A stretch of DNA of 61,121 nt, filler included, from Rhabdomonas costata (taxonomy: Eukaryota): NCBI GenBank assembly GCA_019059605.1. It is 20 parts of 20 records of this genome, joined end to end, with 100 filler letters (N's around TTAATTAATTAA, not from the genome) between each part and the next. Parts side by side here need not be neighbours in the genome. Positions count along the whole stretch, not along the records: positions 58,168 to 61,121 come from JAHMHO010001656.1; 19 more parts are not named here. One strand, written 5' to 3'. The notes beneath the pieces were generated by a model. The model did no database searches and had not been told where the DNA came from. It saw only the letters and a program-made list of their open reading frames with translations. The translations under genes were made by a program, and so were the position numbers. Each line of letters starts with the position of its first letter. The stretch's first letter is position 1. This document shows, piece after piece, positions 59,330-61,121 of this stretch.

Positions 59330-60940
59330 GCAATAAAGTCGGTGTAGTTGAAGTTGGGGTTGAACGACTGCAGGGGATCCGCAACAGAGGGGCCTGGGCT
59401 GGCCCCCAAGGTGCCGGTGGCACCCTGCGACGCAGCGGGTGCCCCGCTGCCTGGGACATCACAGAGGCAGGTGGGGCGGAGGGCTCGGGCCCCACGGAGA
59501 GGGTCATCGAGGGCGCCGGGGTGTCAAGGAAGGGCGCGGGCTCCTTCAGCGCCGTCGCTGTGGGTCCGGGGGCCTTCACATTCCCAGGGCTGACACAGGC
59601 GGCAGCGAGCAATGCAGGCGGCGCAAGCAAACCCCGATACCATAGTTCACCAACAAAAAATAGAAACGGCATAACTATGGTGCACGGACCTCCCTCTTCC
59701 TCCTCCACTGTGCTAAGTGAAACCCTACCTACAGCAACAATAAGGCGACACACACTTCAGGGGAGGCGTGCATCCCAGTTAACGCCGTGCAAAATCTGTT
59801 GGAATTCCAGAGGGAAACTAGCACCGTCTTCTGGGGAGGGTTCACATAAACTAGTTGTGCCGAAGAAATTGCCCGCTGATGCATTTGATGTCGGTGGGCT
59901 GTGGGACTATGCACACCCAATTCCGGGTTCCATCCCACTTAATTGACCTGCCACATAACTTTTCCACAATAATAACATCGAGCCGCGACCATGTGTGCAG
60001 TTACACAAGCAAACAGACCTTTCGGAGACAGAGCCCGAGAAGAGGTATCGGCTGGCCTTGGTGAGGAAGCTGAGGTCCTCGCCTCGCTCTGCCTTGCCCT
60101 GGTGGTGATGGGGGTTGGGGGCGTGGTCTGGGGAACTGCTCCCCGGGCCACCCTCTACGGGGCCCTTCCCGAACGAAGCCGTGGGACCGGAGAAGAAGCC
60201 CAGGTTCAGAGGCCGACCATTGGGACCCAGGCACCGCGACACCTGATGAGGAAACACACTCAGATGACAGGCATGGGCCCATTATCCTGAAATTGCAGTA
60301 CAGATATGTCTGGATTGTGTTTGTTTGAATTATTCGCGTGAGCAGCTTTGGGGACCGCGCCCTGCATGGCCGGTGATATTTGACAATATATCACAAAGGA
60401 GAGTGCCTCCTCGGCACCATCTTCGACGACGGTCATTGGGAGTGCTCCGATGGCAAAATAAGTTTTCCCGTGTGTGCACACTGCTGGAAACTATTTCCCT
60501 TCTTCCTGAATCCCTTTGTCCCTTCGAGTTGAGAATAAAAAACTGAAAAAAAGAGCTGTAATGACTCCACCTCTGCAACTCCTCCCCACCACCACCATAT
60601 CCAGGCCGCGATGCAAATGATGTTTTGGGTATTTCTGTGACGTGTGACTGAAGTAGCGAAGGGCGACGAGGCACCAGCTTCGCATTGGGAAACGATAAGC
60701 ATATGGGGGATGACAGAAAACAGGGCCTTTCTGTTAGACTTTGAAGGGCACGTGGTGGGACACACCGCGGACTGAGCGGCGAGAGGCTGCAGGGTCTCGG
60801 AGACTTCCCCCGCCAGCAGGGCCGGACGCAGCATCATGGGGTACCGGGTGAAGTACGACGCCAGCACGTGCAGGGCCAGGTAGGCCGTGCGGAAGCCATG
60901 GCGCTGCTCACTGGTCAGCGGAAGAACAAGGCGGATCACC
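59330..60940 (-). CDS. Uncharacterised multi-exon protein fragment
   Basis: GC-rich exons at about 60940-60766, 60242-60019 and 59612-59330 with CAG/GT borders. Confidence 0.35.
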
Positions 60941-61121
60941 TGAGGTCAAAAATAAAGGCAGACAACCTTTCGGTGCTTCAATGGACACGCAAACAGCTGG
61001 AACAGGGGATTTTTTTCCTTTCAAGATTATTTCATGTTCCTGTTGAACGTTCTTTGGGCGAAACTGACTGCCACGGTTTTCATGAAGAGAAAGAAAAATA
61101 GGAACAATTCGCCCTCCACCA

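Overview
The window is not one locus. It is 20 unrelated contigs of about 2.96 kb (roughly 1-2964, 3064-6028, ... 58167-61121), joined by artificial N-TTAATTAATTAA-N linkers. The source is an intron-rich flagellated eukaryote: most ORF-track entries are exon fragments or noise, and real genes have to be spliced by hand (GT-AG, one probable GC-AG). The gene content is compatible with a euglenozoan-like protist, which is inference only. Recognisable genes are: an intronless NYN-nuclease/Zn-finger/cold-shock protein; an intron-containing, bacterial-type fused indolepyruvate:ferredoxin oxidoreductase; a Ser/Thr mucin-like stalk; a CCAR1-like protein; a UBA-domain protein; an arylsulfotransferase-like protein; an F-box/LRR gene; Cfd1/NUBP2; a Cys-rich surface protein; a Cache-domain receptor; CFAP58; an ADP-ribosyltransferase exon; tandem alpha/beta hydrolases; a Tctex-1 light chain; and DNAI2. 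There is also an LTR-retrotransposon 5' end and a CpG-poor relic headed by a perfect 40-bp palindrome. The most striking recurring pattern is that many canonical introns have mutually complementary 5' and 3' ends, often with no polypyrimidine tract. All identifications are by-eye motif recognition; no searches were run.
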